From IMG/VR virus record IMGVR_UViG_3300036907_000061, positions 4,627-68,626 of that record: 64,000 bases of DNA, one strand, 5' to 3'. Numbering within the stretch: position 1 is the stretch's first letter; every line of letters begins with the position of its first letter. The position numbers and the translations under genes were made by a program. Source of the stretch: a virus. This document shows positions 10,296 to 20,012 of the stretch, in pieces. The notes under the pieces were generated by a model, which did not search any database, had not been told where the DNA came from, and worked only from the letters and a program-made list of their open reading frames with translations.

Positions 10296-10946
10296 TCATG
10301 GCCGGTTAAATTTAGGCGGGTTAAACGGCACGGTGTAGGCTACCTCGCTGGAATATGCGCTCTCGCTTCCGTCGCCCGCCAGACAAGTGGCCGCGAAATA
10401 ATAGGTACTGCCCTGAATCAAACCAAATACCGTTGCTGAATTGGTGGTTGACGAACAAGCCAGCGAATAAACGCCGCTGTTTGTTCCCACATACAGATTG
10501 TACCCTGTGATTTGCTGCTGACTGGCGTTCCATGCCAATCCTACTCTAGTCGTCAACTGGCAGAAGTTCTGCCACATCTTGCAGTCGGACGACACCTGCA
10601 CCCAGTTGTTGGATGACCGGATGAAGAAAGTGAAAGCGTCACTGTAGGTGGTCGTGACCGTCAAACTGGACACCGTATTTGTGGTGTTCAAAACTGCACC
10701 TGATTCAAGCTTTAGCTGCGTCTGTTTAGGTGACAGTGTGGCCGCGCCCGCCAAGCCAGCACAGAGCAGCAACAGAGAAATTGAAATCCTATCCCTGTTC
10801 AAGAAACGGCCTTTGTAAAAGTTCTTACGAACCACTTTGGAGACATCACACAGAGCGGCAAGATGTGGACATCCATCCGGCTTGTGCGCCTTATGGCAAC
10901 TGCAACAGTGCATCCCGGTAGGAACGTATATGTCACAGGTTTTCAT
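10296..10946 (-). CDS. Fibronectin type III domain protein with signal-like hydrophobic segment
   Basis: LAWNAS...GYNLYVGTNSGVYS...GLIQGSTYYFAATC...ESAYSSEV is an FN3 signature. Confidence 0.75.
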   Translation of the reverse strand: MKTCDIYVPTGMHCCSCHKAHKPDGCPHLAALCDVSKVVRKNFYKGRFLNRDRISISLLLLCAGLAGAATLSPKQTQLKLESGAVLNTTNTVSSLTVTTTYSDAFTFFIRSSNNWVQVSSDCKMWQNFCQLTTRVGLAWNASQQQITGYNLYVGTNSGVYSLACSSTTNSATVFGLIQGSTYYFAATCLAGDGSESAYSSEVAYTVPFNPPKFNRP

Positions 10947-11143
10947 TATGCGGTTGGGTTCCAAGTGTACGGGGAGAAACATACAGACGGTCTCGGCATA
11001 GCTTCAATTTTATCCGCCAACAACTGCATCTCATTCGCTGAACGGGACAAGGCAGCGTGTTGGCTTGTTTCTTCTGGCCAAGTCTTGGCAGCCCGTTCAA
11101 GGAACAAGCCACGCTCTTTTATTATTTGCAGGATTTGACTCAT
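10946..11143 (-). CDS. Hypothetical protein (MSQILQIIKERG...)
   Basis: ATG overlaps the stop of the upstream gene; stop abuts the next ATG. Confidence 0.45.
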   Translation of the reverse strand: MSQILQIIKERGLFLERAAKTWPEETSQHAALSRSANEMQLLADKIEAMPRPSVCFSPYTWNPTA

Positions 11144-13878
11144 GGCATCCTCCGTCCGAATGGCACCCACCAGAATATCGGCGCCGTGTTCGTGTAAAGG
11201 CTGAGGGTTGCGGTGACGGGAATTCCTGCCACTTGTCCCGGCGATTGAAGGAAAAATCCCAAGTCGCCCGCAATCCCAGGATAGGTGAATGTCACCGCTA
11301 TGTCCCACGCAAAGTATTCCAGGCCCGAAGAAAGGTCATGTGCCGAAAAGTCATTAGTGCCAAAAGTGAGCGTGTATGTCGTGCCGAGTTGGATAATGGT
11401 AGCATCTGGATTATTTCCATCCCCGCTTCTGAGGTAATATCGTCCCGCTGCATCATACACTGCTCCACTCGGTATCAGCGGTGCGTTTGTCCCGGCTGGC
11501 GCATTGGTTCCCGCCGGAGCCGTGTAAGATGTTCCGCCGCCTTTAAGTGCCAATTCTGACACTTCTGTCGCTGGCAGGGCGCGGTTGTAAATACGAACAT
11601 CGTCCAAACCCCCCTTGAGCCATCCGGCATTAGGGAAGATGTCCGTTGGCACGTCCCATTGATATGTCCCTTGATGCATCTCTGCTCCGATGCACATCCA
11701 AGGAACATAAGGGTTGCCAGAAACTCTCAACCAAGGAGCATTAAGTGCATTAGTGCTGATGGGCTGGCCGTTTTGATAGGCGACAATTGTGTTGCTGGCC
11801 GCGTTCCAAACAACCGCCAAGTGCCACCAGTTGCTTCCGTCACGCGGCTGGTTAAAATGAAGGCAAAGACTCGGATTGTCCGAGTTATTCGTCACGGTAT
11901 TCCCATAAATGACAAAGCATGGGCCAAACGGAGTTGTGTTCGTTTCCAAACTTCCGGTCATGGTCGGAGTCGGCTCGCCATAGGCCAGTGTCCAAGAATT
12001 TGTCGAGGCAGATGGCGTGTAGGAGTACGCCGGATTGTAACCGCAATCTAAGATGGTGTCGTGCCGCTCGGTATTGGTTGCCCACAAAACCCAACAGGCA
12101 ACTGTGCCGTTCGTGATGAACTGAATCTGATTCAAATTCGTGATGGCAGCGTACTGCGTCTGCGCGTGCGGCCCAGTACCATCCGTATAATTCGTGCCCG
12201 ACACATACCACCAGCCAGCCTGTCCATCCGGCCCGGTGGATGCAATTATCCAGTTCGTGCCGAAATTCAGTCCGGTGTGACCATAGCCCGTCACGTCCGC
12301 CAACTGATTTGACGACACAAAATTCTCGTTGAAGTCAAAATGAACCAACAGGTTCGGGTCGAACTCGAAACAGCCGATGTCGTATCCTGCCCCCAATGAC
12401 CTTGCTGTTCCCTCAATATCCGACGAATTGTAAGCCGACACATTTGTGCCAGTGTCAATCAGCGGACTGCCGTAAAGGGGCCGGAAATCACCGGCAAACA
12501 CAGCGTAGGATAACGCCGCCAGCTTGGGGTCGGTGCCGGGATTGATGTCAGCAGGTAGTATCCACTGATCTGGGTCAGTAGCATCGCCAACGTATTCAAT
12601 TATAGAGGTTGTTTTTGGCGACCAGTTCGTCCCATCCCAGTTCACGACGTAGTTGGAGACTAAAGTAAGATTCCAGTTGTTAGTCGGGGCGCCATGTGGA
12701 CAAGCAAATGTAACAAAACCCCCATTCGTGTTGCGTCCGCAGCCAATAAAAGCACAGTTGGCGACGACACCATTGCTTGCCGTTCCCCAATAGTCTGAAA
12801 GGTCATTGGTGGAATGAGATACGAAGTTGATTACTTCTCCGGAGGCGTTCTGATTTGTGGCACAAAAAATATAGGTATTATTGATTGCTTGAAAACCTGC
12901 AATACCCATTGACCCATTACCACCATTCGTCACCCCGCAACGCACAAACAGGTTGTTCCGTTCGGTGAAATTACGCACGGGGTCGGAGGCTACGGAACCA
13001 CTTACCATTTGGCCAAAGTCTATTAAGCAGTCCCAAAACTGATTGTCCTCAGCAAAATTATCGTGTGTAATAAACCAAGGATTGGAAAGGCTGATTGGAT
13101 CCGCCGTCATCTGTCCGTAACACTGAAACATGTCAGGATGCTCACCGCCCGGCACATTCTGCATGTTCGTTATGTAATTACCACGGAAAGTATTGTAAGC
13201 ACCAAAGAACTGAAAAGCGTCACAGGACATCAAGTTATAGAGGCGGTTGTTTACAATCAAGTTGGTTGTGCCGCCAACGCGGATACATTGAGCCGCGTAC
13301 ATATTCGTGATTACATTATTGCTGATAATGCAACTGTTGGCGCAGGCATCTAGGGATACATTTGTGTTTGCATCAATTCCGCTCTGACTATAGTTCCACC
13401 TTACCACCCAACACTCGCCAGCATTCGAGAAATCACGAAAGACGCAATCGTGGACAAACAAATGGCTCGCCTGTGGCCCTATGTTAATTGCCGCAATTGA
13501 CATCCCACCATTAAAGATGTTAGAGAACGTCATGCTGACGAATACTGTGTTGCTACCAACCACGTCAATGCCACCAGCGACATTGACCGCCCCCGGCATA
13601 CCCTGAATGGTAATCGGCGCGCTTGGAGTGCCGGAATTGGGCGATGTGATGACGCTCCCATTCGCGGTTTCATCATTGTAGTAAATGCCCGGCTGTTGAA
13701 TGAGTGTGTCGCCAGCCGAAAGTTGGGGCAATGCGTGAAGCAGCGTAGTCCAAGGCTGCGCCAGTGTGCCAGAATTGGTGTCGGAGCCGGTGGGCGAAAC
13801 GTAATAAGTCGCGCCGAAGCAGGCCGTCGCCAAGAGCAGCAGCAACAGGAACAGGATAATGGATAGGGTGCGGGTCAT
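11140..13878 (-). CDS. Secreted-type beta-helix (pectin lyase-like) + choice-of-anchor-Q-like + LamG domain protein
   Basis: Signal peptide; ATYYVSPTGSDTNSGTLAQPW start of a beta-helix; DFRPLYGSPLIDTG...YDIGCFEF; WWHLAVVW...AYQNG...LDDVRIYNRAL LamG motif. Confidence 0.8.
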   Translation of the reverse strand: MTRTLSIILFLLLLLLATACFGATYYVSPTGSDTNSGTLAQPWTTLLHALPQLSAGDTLIQQPGIYYNDETANGSVITSPNSGTPSAPITIQGMPGAVNVAGGIDVVGSNTVFVSMTFSNIFNGGMSIAAINIGPQASHLFVHDCVFRDFSNAGECWVVRWNYSQSGIDANTNVSLDACANSCIISNNVITNMYAAQCIRVGGTTNLIVNNRLYNLMSCDAFQFFGAYNTFRGNYITNMQNVPGGEHPDMFQCYGQMTADPISLSNPWFITHDNFAEDNQFWDCLIDFGQMVSGSVASDPVRNFTERNNLFVRCGVTNGGNGSMGIAGFQAINNTYIFCATNQNASGEVINFVSHSTNDLSDYWGTASNGVVANCAFIGCGRNTNGGFVTFACPHGAPTNNWNLTLVSNYVVNWDGTNWSPKTTSIIEYVGDATDPDQWILPADINPGTDPKLAALSYAVFAGDFRPLYGSPLIDTGTNVSAYNSSDIEGTARSLGAGYDIGCFEFDPNLLVHFDFNENFVSSNQLADVTGYGHTGLNFGTNWIIASTGPDGQAGWWYVSGTNYTDGTGPHAQTQYAAITNLNQIQFITNGTVACWVLWATNTERHDTILDCGYNPAYSYTPSASTNSWTLAYGEPTPTMTGSLETNTTPFGPCFVIYGNTVTNNSDNPSLCLHFNQPRDGSNWWHLAVVWNAASNTIVAYQNGQPISTNALNAPWLRVSGNPYVPWMCIGAEMHQGTYQWDVPTDIFPNAGWLKGGLDDVRIYNRALPATEVSELALKGGGTSYTAPAGTNAPAGTNAPLIPSGAVYDAAGRYYLRSGDGNNPDATIIQLGTTYTLTFGTNDFSAHDLSSGLEYFAWDIAVTFTYPGIAGDLGFFLQSPGQVAGIPVTATLSLYTNTAPIFWWVPFGRRMP

Positions 13879-13880
13879 TT

Positions 13881-16214
13881 TTAATACGTGCCGGTGGAAA
13901 CAAACACTCCGTTGGTCATGTATCCAGAGTAGCCATGAGTAAGTGTTATATTGGTCGGAATATCCACACTGCCAAAAGACGTGCCGACCGTCCCAATGAC
14001 GTTATTCAATCCCGAACCATTTCCGGCAAAAATTCCAACAAATGGAAGGTTGGGAGTTACCACAACACTTTTGATGTTGGTGGTTCCGGCTGTGTGATAC
14101 CTATAGAAAGAAACAAGTTCTTTCCCACTATTGTCTAAAAGAGCACCACTAGGATAACCCCCATCAGATTGTGGCGCAGAATCATTAATCTGTCCGATGT
14201 TTTGTATGTTGGTCATGGATAGTAGAGAAGTATTCGTCCAAGCTTGTGAAACAAGTGCCACGCTATTATATAGAATCCCAGAGTATCGGTCACCAAAATC
14301 CATTTCAATCGCCGGGCCGTTGGGAAGGGTGATTAAATTTAAAGATACGGGAGATGAAAACGAACCATTAGTCCAAGTAGTAATCATACCAGTTGCTGGT
14401 TCATACCATGTTACCCCGGCGTTGGTTGTCCAGTCCGCCCACAGGCAACAAGGATTTCCAACTGCCCAATTCTCTCTCCGAGAAACGCTTAGCCAGAATG
14501 TATCATTGATTGGCAGGATTTCAGGTTCGCTTAGATTGGCCTCGTAGTCTATCAGGTGATTAGTCCAAGTTAATCCATCCAGCGAACCCACCAACGCATA
14601 AATTGGGTCGTCCACCGCATAGTTGTAAAAACCGCATACCAAATTCGTTCCAGCCTTGCGGATGTGGCCATATGGCACACCAGTAAATGGGCTTTGGTAA
14701 TGTATCATCCCATTCGTTGATATTGTGGCAATATCAGTCCACGTAATGCCTTGGTCGTCAGACACAGAAACAATTGGTAAACCAAACATCCCAATGTTCG
14801 TAATTGATTGCATCCCGCGCACCAAAAAAAGCCGTCCATCAATGCAGCCAAAGGCCGTATTTCTCATATCCCAATAAGCATTGGTATAGATTATGGAAGT
14901 GGCTTGCCAAGTTAAACCGCCATCGGTGGTTTTCGAGAAATGTACCGAACTCGCCGCGGTGCCGTTTTGCGAGGAAGCACCCCATACTCGGTACACAGTC
15001 TTCCGGTCAGAGCTACTGTCTTGATTAGCTAAGGACTCGTATTGAGTGCCGGGCATCGTAGGGTAATTGGTGGGTCCGCCATCTGATAGGGCTGAGCTTG
15101 GTCTTAAATTATTCAGCAAAACACCATTAGGGGCGTTGGTAGCACTGTTCGCCGTCAGCGACGTGGTTGCATTGCTCACTGGCCCGGAGATTTGTGCGGG
15201 AAGTATCGGCGCGGTGTTGGTTACCGTGGCGGACAGGTTTCCGGCGGTGATGCTGGATGCCGCCACCGATCCCGCATTGCGCGCATAATCCACCACAAAT
15301 CCAGCCCCATTTGTGGGACTTCCGCTGGTGACAGAGTTGGTATTGCCAACCGCCATCGGATAGTTGGTCGGCGAAATCATCCCACTCTCGTTGGGCAGTG
15401 GATTGCCGTCAATGCCATAAATTGCGATGCTGGATGTGGTGGCATTGGGCACCGTATTCGTGGCGATGTTTCTGGCAAAATTAGAGTCAAAGTTGGAGAC
15501 GGATACTGAAAGTGCATTTATGGCATTAGGCCAAAAGAAAGTATTGGTGTTTGGCAGTGACGTGATCGTTGACAAAATATTTGTCGGCAGTGCTCCCCAT
15601 CCCGCATTATAGGCCGAGGATAAAAGAAAGCTCGACAGCACGTTCGTTCCTATCAATGCCCACCCAGCCGATAGGTTCGCCGGTATGCCGCTGATCCCAC
15701 TAGCCCACGGTAGTCCAGTAGAGCTCGAGAGATTCAGACCCGCCACCGTTGTTCCATTCGTGAACAGACTCCACGCATTGGTTGTAACCCAAGCATTGCT
15801 GCTCAAGATTGAAGATGATCCGAGGGGTGGAAGATTGGAAAGCGAGTTGTAATCAGACGATCCACCGCCAAGGGTTAAAAGAGTGTTGGTGCTCAAAGAC
15901 TCCCACTGTGTCAAAAAACCAACATTTTGGATTGATGCAAAGCTTATTGCGTTTGTGGCTATGTAGTGGTCTAATACGCTTAATGACTCTCCGGATGGCT
16001 CGAATGCGCTGGCGTCTGCAAATGCGGCTGTGCCTAACACATTGGAACCATTTCCATTGATACCCATGTCATTTAAGAACCCACCGGTGGTCTCGTTGGT
16101 CAGGGCCTTGCGGGTCAACTCGGAAGTGGTTACAATTTCTCGTCTTTGGGTATCCTGGGCCAATACACCAAGGGCGCAAGCCAATGAAAGTAAGAGGGAT
16201 ATGATTTTTTTCAT
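13881..16214 (-). CDS. Signal-peptide protein with BNR/Asp-box sialidase-like propeller (tailspike-like)
   Basis: Asp-boxes KTTDGGLTW, SDDQGITW, SLDGLTW, TTNAGVTW; DGGYPS motif; T/N-rich stalk. Confidence 0.75.
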   Translation of the reverse strand: MKKIISLLLSLACALGVLAQDTQRREIVTTSELTRKALTNETTGGFLNDMGINGNGSNVLGTAAFADASAFEPSGESLSVLDHYIATNAISFASIQNVGFLTQWESLSTNTLLTLGGGSSDYNSLSNLPPLGSSSILSSNAWVTTNAWSLFTNGTTVAGLNLSSSTGLPWASGISGIPANLSAGWALIGTNVLSSFLLSSAYNAGWGALPTNILSTITSLPNTNTFFWPNAINALSVSVSNFDSNFARNIATNTVPNATTSSIAIYGIDGNPLPNESGMISPTNYPMAVGNTNSVTSGSPTNGAGFVVDYARNAGSVAASSITAGNLSATVTNTAPILPAQISGPVSNATTSLTANSATNAPNGVLLNNLRPSSALSDGGPTNYPTMPGTQYESLANQDSSSDRKTVYRVWGASSQNGTAASSVHFSKTTDGGLTWQATSIIYTNAYWDMRNTAFGCIDGRLFLVRGMQSITNIGMFGLPIVSVSDDQGITWTDIATISTNGMIHYQSPFTGVPYGHIRKAGTNLVCGFYNYAVDDPIYALVGSLDGLTWTNHLIDYEANLSEPEILPINDTFWLSVSRRENWAVGNPCCLWADWTTNAGVTWYEPATGMITTWTNGSFSSPVSLNLITLPNGPAIEMDFGDRYSGILYNSVALVSQAWTNTSLLSMTNIQNIGQINDSAPQSDGGYPSGALLDNSGKELVSFYRYHTAGTTNIKSVVVTPNLPFVGIFAGNGSGLNNVIGTVGTSFGSVDIPTNITLTHGYSGYMTNGVFVSTGTY

Positions 16215-16227
16215 TTTGTGTGGTGCA

Positions 16228-16920
16228 TTAGGGTGCTGTTGTGGTAATGGTTATGGTATACGCTCCCACGGGTATTGTGAGGTATTCTCCATATCCAAGA
16301 GTGGTAGCAATCTGGGCTTGAAATTGTTCTCCAACCTCATACGAAATAAACCATGCCGAGTCCGGTATGGGCGGATTAACACTTACAATAGTTACGCTTG
16401 GAAATGGGGAATAGGTTTGGCTATAATGTACTCCAAACGGAATCAAATTACCGGGCAATATGCTCAACTCGTTGGTCACGGTCATTATTATTTTCATGCT
16501 GGAATCAGATGGTGATCCGTAGAATGCTGAAAATCCAAAACCCGTGGTATAATCGTCCAATGTTGGGGGGCATCCGACCAGGTTAATATCCAGGTTATTG
16601 CTTCCAAAAAAAGAATACACGCACACGCTCGAAAGTGTGAAAGAAGTTCCATCAGGAGAGACGTAGGTGTTGCTTCCCGTTGGTGTAACATCGCAAAAAA
16701 CTAGGTGCTTTTGTAAAGTGAGGTCGTAATAAACCATTCCATTCAGGCCAGACACTTTGCCTGTGGTAGTTAGAGTACAGTCAAGGCTGATATTGGTGTT
16801 GAACAATGAGTAGATCGTTTCCGTACCGTAAGACGCGGTGCCCACCACTGACAGATTTGTCTGCGACCACAACGGCAAACAAATCATCAAGTACAATAAG
16901 GAGATTAGTTTTTTAATCAT
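16228..16920 (-). CDS. Signal-peptide beta-rich protein
   Basis: MIKKLISLLYLMICLPLWS|Q signal peptide; S/T-rich. Confidence 0.55.
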   Translation of the reverse strand: MIKKLISLLYLMICLPLWSQTNLSVVGTASYGTETIYSLFNTNISLDCTLTTTGKVSGLNGMVYYDLTLQKHLVFCDVTPTGSNTYVSPDGTSFTLSSVCVYSFFGSNNLDINLVGCPPTLDDYTTGFGFSAFYGSPSDSSMKIIMTVTNELSILPGNLIPFGVHYSQTYSPFPSVTIVSVNPPIPDSAWFISYEVGEQFQAQIATTLGYGEYLTIPVGAYTITITTTAP

Positions 16921-17747
16921 GGATTCTGACTGCCAGTAAAGTTACCGGAAGGAACGCAGGTCAGCATAAACTGACACACCCCTCCCGTTACAAGATTGGT
17001 CGGAGGGGGAGAGTTGCCGTTCACCGACTGAGCAACCCATTGGTAATTGGTTGGCCACGCAAAATTCAATGCGTTGGTGGTAAGATTGTGCAGGATGATG
17101 TTGAAAGTTTGGCTGGAATTCGATCCTGGTGTGGCATTGGTAACTGAAAGGTAAAACAGGTTGGTGTCGTGGGAATACGAGAACAGTTCAAATGTTTGAG
17201 CCGACACTCCATTAAACGAACAGTTGGTCTGTCCATTGGTAAGAACCAGAAGTGAGTAGGTGTTGAAGTAGTTTGTGGTCACTCCGCTCATTGCGTTGGT
17301 TCCATTGATACCATTGGTTCCGTTTGTTCCATTGGTGCCATTTAATCCATTGGTGCCATTTAATCCATTGGTGCCATTTAATCCATTGAGTCCGTTGGTT
17401 CCGGTTCCATTGTTACTGACCCATATTCCACCCGTCATAGTTAAGTACGCCGTGATTAACCCCTGTGAGTTGGTGGTTTTAAGTACTATTAGATTTGTGT
17501 TGAGACTTTGAATGTCTACTATGAATCTTCCTCCATTTGTGGTAGGAATGTACAAATTACCAGATGAATCGTTGGTGATTCCAAGTACGCCTAGTGATTG
17601 CGCTGAGTACTCGTTTGTTATAACTCTGCGCCACAACTGGCTGGTCTGGGGTATGATTCTAAGCTGGGTTCCTATTTGGTTGGTTACCAGTGTTCCTCGC
17701 GCTGAAATAGCGAAGGCAATAATGATGATGGATAGATACTTGCACAC
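16917..17747 (-). CDS. Collagen-like (Gly-X-Asn) repeat fibre protein with signal peptide
   Basis: GTNGLNGLNGTNGLNGTNGLNGTNGTNGTNGINGTN triplets; C-terminal fibre-like domain (FAWPTNYQW). Confidence 0.7.
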   Translation of the reverse strand: MCKYLSIIIIAFAISARGTLVTNQIGTQLRIIPQTSQLWRRVITNEYSAQSLGVLGITNDSSGNLYIPTTNGGRFIVDIQSLNTNLIVLKTTNSQGLITAYLTMTGGIWVSNNGTGTNGLNGLNGTNGLNGTNGLNGTNGTNGTNGINGTNAMSGVTTNYFNTYSLLVLTNGQTNCSFNGVSAQTFELFSYSHDTNLFYLSVTNATPGSNSSQTFNIILHNLTTNALNFAWPTNYQWVAQSVNGNSPPPTNLVTGGVCQFMLTCVPSGNFTGSQNP

Positions 17748-17749
17748 AA

Positions 17750-18181
17750 TTATGACGGGTTAGGGACTGCGTTTCCGGCCAGCAATACCCACGCCCCGTT
17801 GGACGGGGATGTTCCAACCCATTGCAGAACTGCACTAAATCCTATGGAGTTGAACGTCAATGACTGAAAACTGGCGAAGATGCCATTCATGGTCCACGTC
17901 TGGGTGGTGGGAAGCGTGTAGGGGGGAATAATTACCGTCTTGACCTGTCCATTCCATTGTCCGTTGGGAATGGTGGCAATGAAATTTGATACCGGGCTCT
18001 TGGGTGTGGAAACGGCTAGAAACGTTGTGGAAGTGCTCAAGTCAACGGTGCCGTCGGTAATCAGTGTTTGAATGTTAGGCGTGAGTGGCGGTCGATGCCA
18101 TGGGGCGATTGGACTGGGTACTACCAGTGGCCCGTGGTTGCATCCGCCCCCGCCGTTATCGTCCCAATCGAATAGTGTCAT
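17750..18181 (-). CDS. Hypothetical structural protein
   Basis: 143 aa beta-rich ORF packed in the structural operon. Confidence 0.5.
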   Translation of the reverse strand: MTLFDWDDNGGGGCNHGPLVVPSPIAPWHRPPLTPNIQTLITDGTVDLSTSTTFLAVSTPKSPVSNFIATIPNGQWNGQVKTVIIPPYTLPTTQTWTMNGIFASFQSLTFNSIGFSAVLQWVGTSPSNGAWVLLAGNAVPNPS

Positions 18182-18184
18182 AAG

Positions 18185-18907
18185 TTATTTATTTGATCTT
18201 GGTTGAGTGAAAAGGTTCTTGCGTATTAACGCATATGACTGCATGAAGCTTTGGTGTCTGGCGATATCGTGCTCGACGTATAATGCTGTTTTTGCCGTCG
18301 CAAACGCGGCCACGGCTTCGGCTGCCTGTTCGTCATAAGGAACAAGTTCATCGTTATTGGATGTAAGCTTAAAACCGTTCCAATGCAAGGAAAATTTCTC
18401 GTTTGGCCTTATGAACGGATACAGGTAAAAGGTTTCGTTGTCGGGTCCTATGGAGAAAAGCGGCCTGCCGTCGAAGTGTTGTATGCGACCGTGCACCAGG
18501 TCGTATCGGTGTTCCCACGGCCAGTTTCGGCAGCTTAAACGATGCTGGTTTCTTTCTCTGCCCGACCTGCCATCCTCATCACGATCCACGCCGTATCCGG
18601 GATCAAGATGCTGGTGATAGAAGTCGTGGTCATACATATCATGTTCGTGTCCCACCACCCATGCATCAACAACGGAGCAGGAAGGGGGCAGGGTTCCAAC
18701 TCCAGCCTTCCCTTCGATGACAAAGTCCGTGCAGTAGTAAATGGTCTCGTGGTTCTTGCGATATCTTGGGATGTAATGCTGCAAATCAAGGACTGCGTTT
18801 CTGATTTGCTGGGGCAGGAATTCCTCCAGTCCTATGCGATTGGCGTCCAGAGGCAACTGTGACAGGACCAAATCCTGGAACTCTGACCATTTCATATAAT
18901 CGTCCAT
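18185..18907 (-). CDS. Putative head-tail adaptor protein
   Basis: 240 aa, helical termini with a beta core (FYLYP), located between capsid and tail genes. Confidence 0.5.
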   Translation of the reverse strand: MDDYMKWSEFQDLVLSQLPLDANRIGLEEFLPQQIRNAVLDLQHYIPRYRKNHETIYYCTDFVIEGKAGVGTLPPSCSVVDAWVVGHEHDMYDHDFYHQHLDPGYGVDRDEDGRSGRERNQHRLSCRNWPWEHRYDLVHGRIQHFDGRPLFSIGPDNETFYLYPFIRPNEKFSLHWNGFKLTSNNDELVPYDEQAAEAVAAFATAKTALYVEHDIARHQSFMQSYALIRKNLFTQPRSNK

Positions 18908-18914
18908 AATGATT

Positions 18915-19340
18915 CTATTGAGTGATTGTGGGGGTCTTTATGTCCATTACCCTGCCGATTACCAAGGCGTCGTCCAAATCGTTTATAGGGGCTTTACCGG
19001 AGTCGGTGGCTGGTGATGGGTTGGGTTCAACGAGAGCCCCCGCAGGCGAGACAAGGACGGATGTCTGGGATTGCCCCGGCAAGTTCAGTGAGTCGTTCCA
19101 GTCGGAGAGTGTGCCTGAGTTTTTTTTTAAACAGTTTTCATATTCTTCTTTGTTTATTTCCGTCACTGCCAGATTGGTCTTGCACAGTTCTGACAGGGAA
19201 GTTATCTTGATTGGGTCGGATGCGGAGAATACTCCCATCCATGTTCCACAAAGTATGTAGCACTCGAATTTGAACTGGAATCCTTTTCCCTGTATGGGAT
19301 GGGCTGCGTTAAGCGCGTGAAAGTATCTTGTTTCGCTCAT
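18915..19340 (-). CDS. Hypothetical protein
   Basis: 141 aa ORF in the operon. Confidence 0.5.
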   Translation of the reverse strand: MSETRYFHALNAAHPIQGKGFQFKFECYILCGTWMGVFSASDPIKITSLSELCKTNLAVTEINKEEYENCLKKNSGTLSDWNDSLNLPGQSQTSVLVSPAGALVEPNPSPATDSGKAPINDLDDALVIGRVMDIKTPTITQ

Positions 19341-19346
19341 ATTAGC

Positions 19347-19384
19347 TAAAACCGGCGTCAGCCCACCGAAAGGCCAACGCCGGA
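19347..19384 (-). terminator. Intrinsic terminator after the capsid-adjacent genes
   Basis: Minus strand ccggcgttggcct-ttcg-gtgggctgacgccgg followed by tttt. Confidence 0.6.
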
Positions 19385-19419
19385 GGTTGTACGCGGAGAA
19401 CCCAAAACCGCGTCACATA

Positions 19420-20007
19420 TTAGTGGTATAAACCAAATCCTACTGTCACGTCCCAATCGTCGTTGGAGTTGGTGCTTCCGTTCTGGAGTGACACCAGTCG
19501 GGCAACGTCCGCGTTTCCGAATTGATTTGTGTTGATCGCTATGGAGAACCGACCGTCCACTTCGTTGGTGAGAGTAGTGGCGGTTACAACGGCAATGGTG
19601 TTGGTAACCAGGCTATTGGTGCACCAGATATATCCGCCTGATACTGAATAGTTGGTATATGCCGTTGTTGGACCATTAGTGATGGTGTAAGCGCCAATCT
19701 TGTATCCCGGATACCACGTAAGGATTAGATTCCCATTGGTATCTGCGGTTATATTGTGATTGGCAACCTTGTAGAAAACGTCGAAGCTGGTTGTGGTCCC
19801 GTGCAAATCAATCACCCCGGCAACACCCGGTGCAGAGAAGGGATTGAGTGTAAATCCGGTAATGCTGGTGACGACGTTGGATGGGCCGATATCTTGGTTG
19901 AGCACCAGAATTCTAGAGTCGTATTGGTACTGAGGAACGAAACTCTGCGCCAGTGCCATACCCCCGATGGCGAATGATGTTAAAATTGCTAATGTGTATT
20001 TTTTCAT
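19420..20007 (-). CDS. Signal-peptide T/N-rich protein (capsid-decoration position)
   Basis: MKKYTLAILTSFAIGGMALA|Q signal peptide; second gene downstream of the major capsid gene. Confidence 0.6.
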   Translation of the reverse strand: MKKYTLAILTSFAIGGMALAQSFVPQYQYDSRILVLNQDIGPSNVVTSITGFTLNPFSAPGVAGVIDLHGTTTSFDVFYKVANHNITADTNGNLILTWYPGYKIGAYTITNGPTTAYTNYSVSGGYIWCTNSLVTNTIAVVTATTLTNEVDGRFSIAINTNQFGNADVARLVSLQNGSTNSNDDWDVTVGFGLYH

Positions 20008-20012
20008 GGTGG

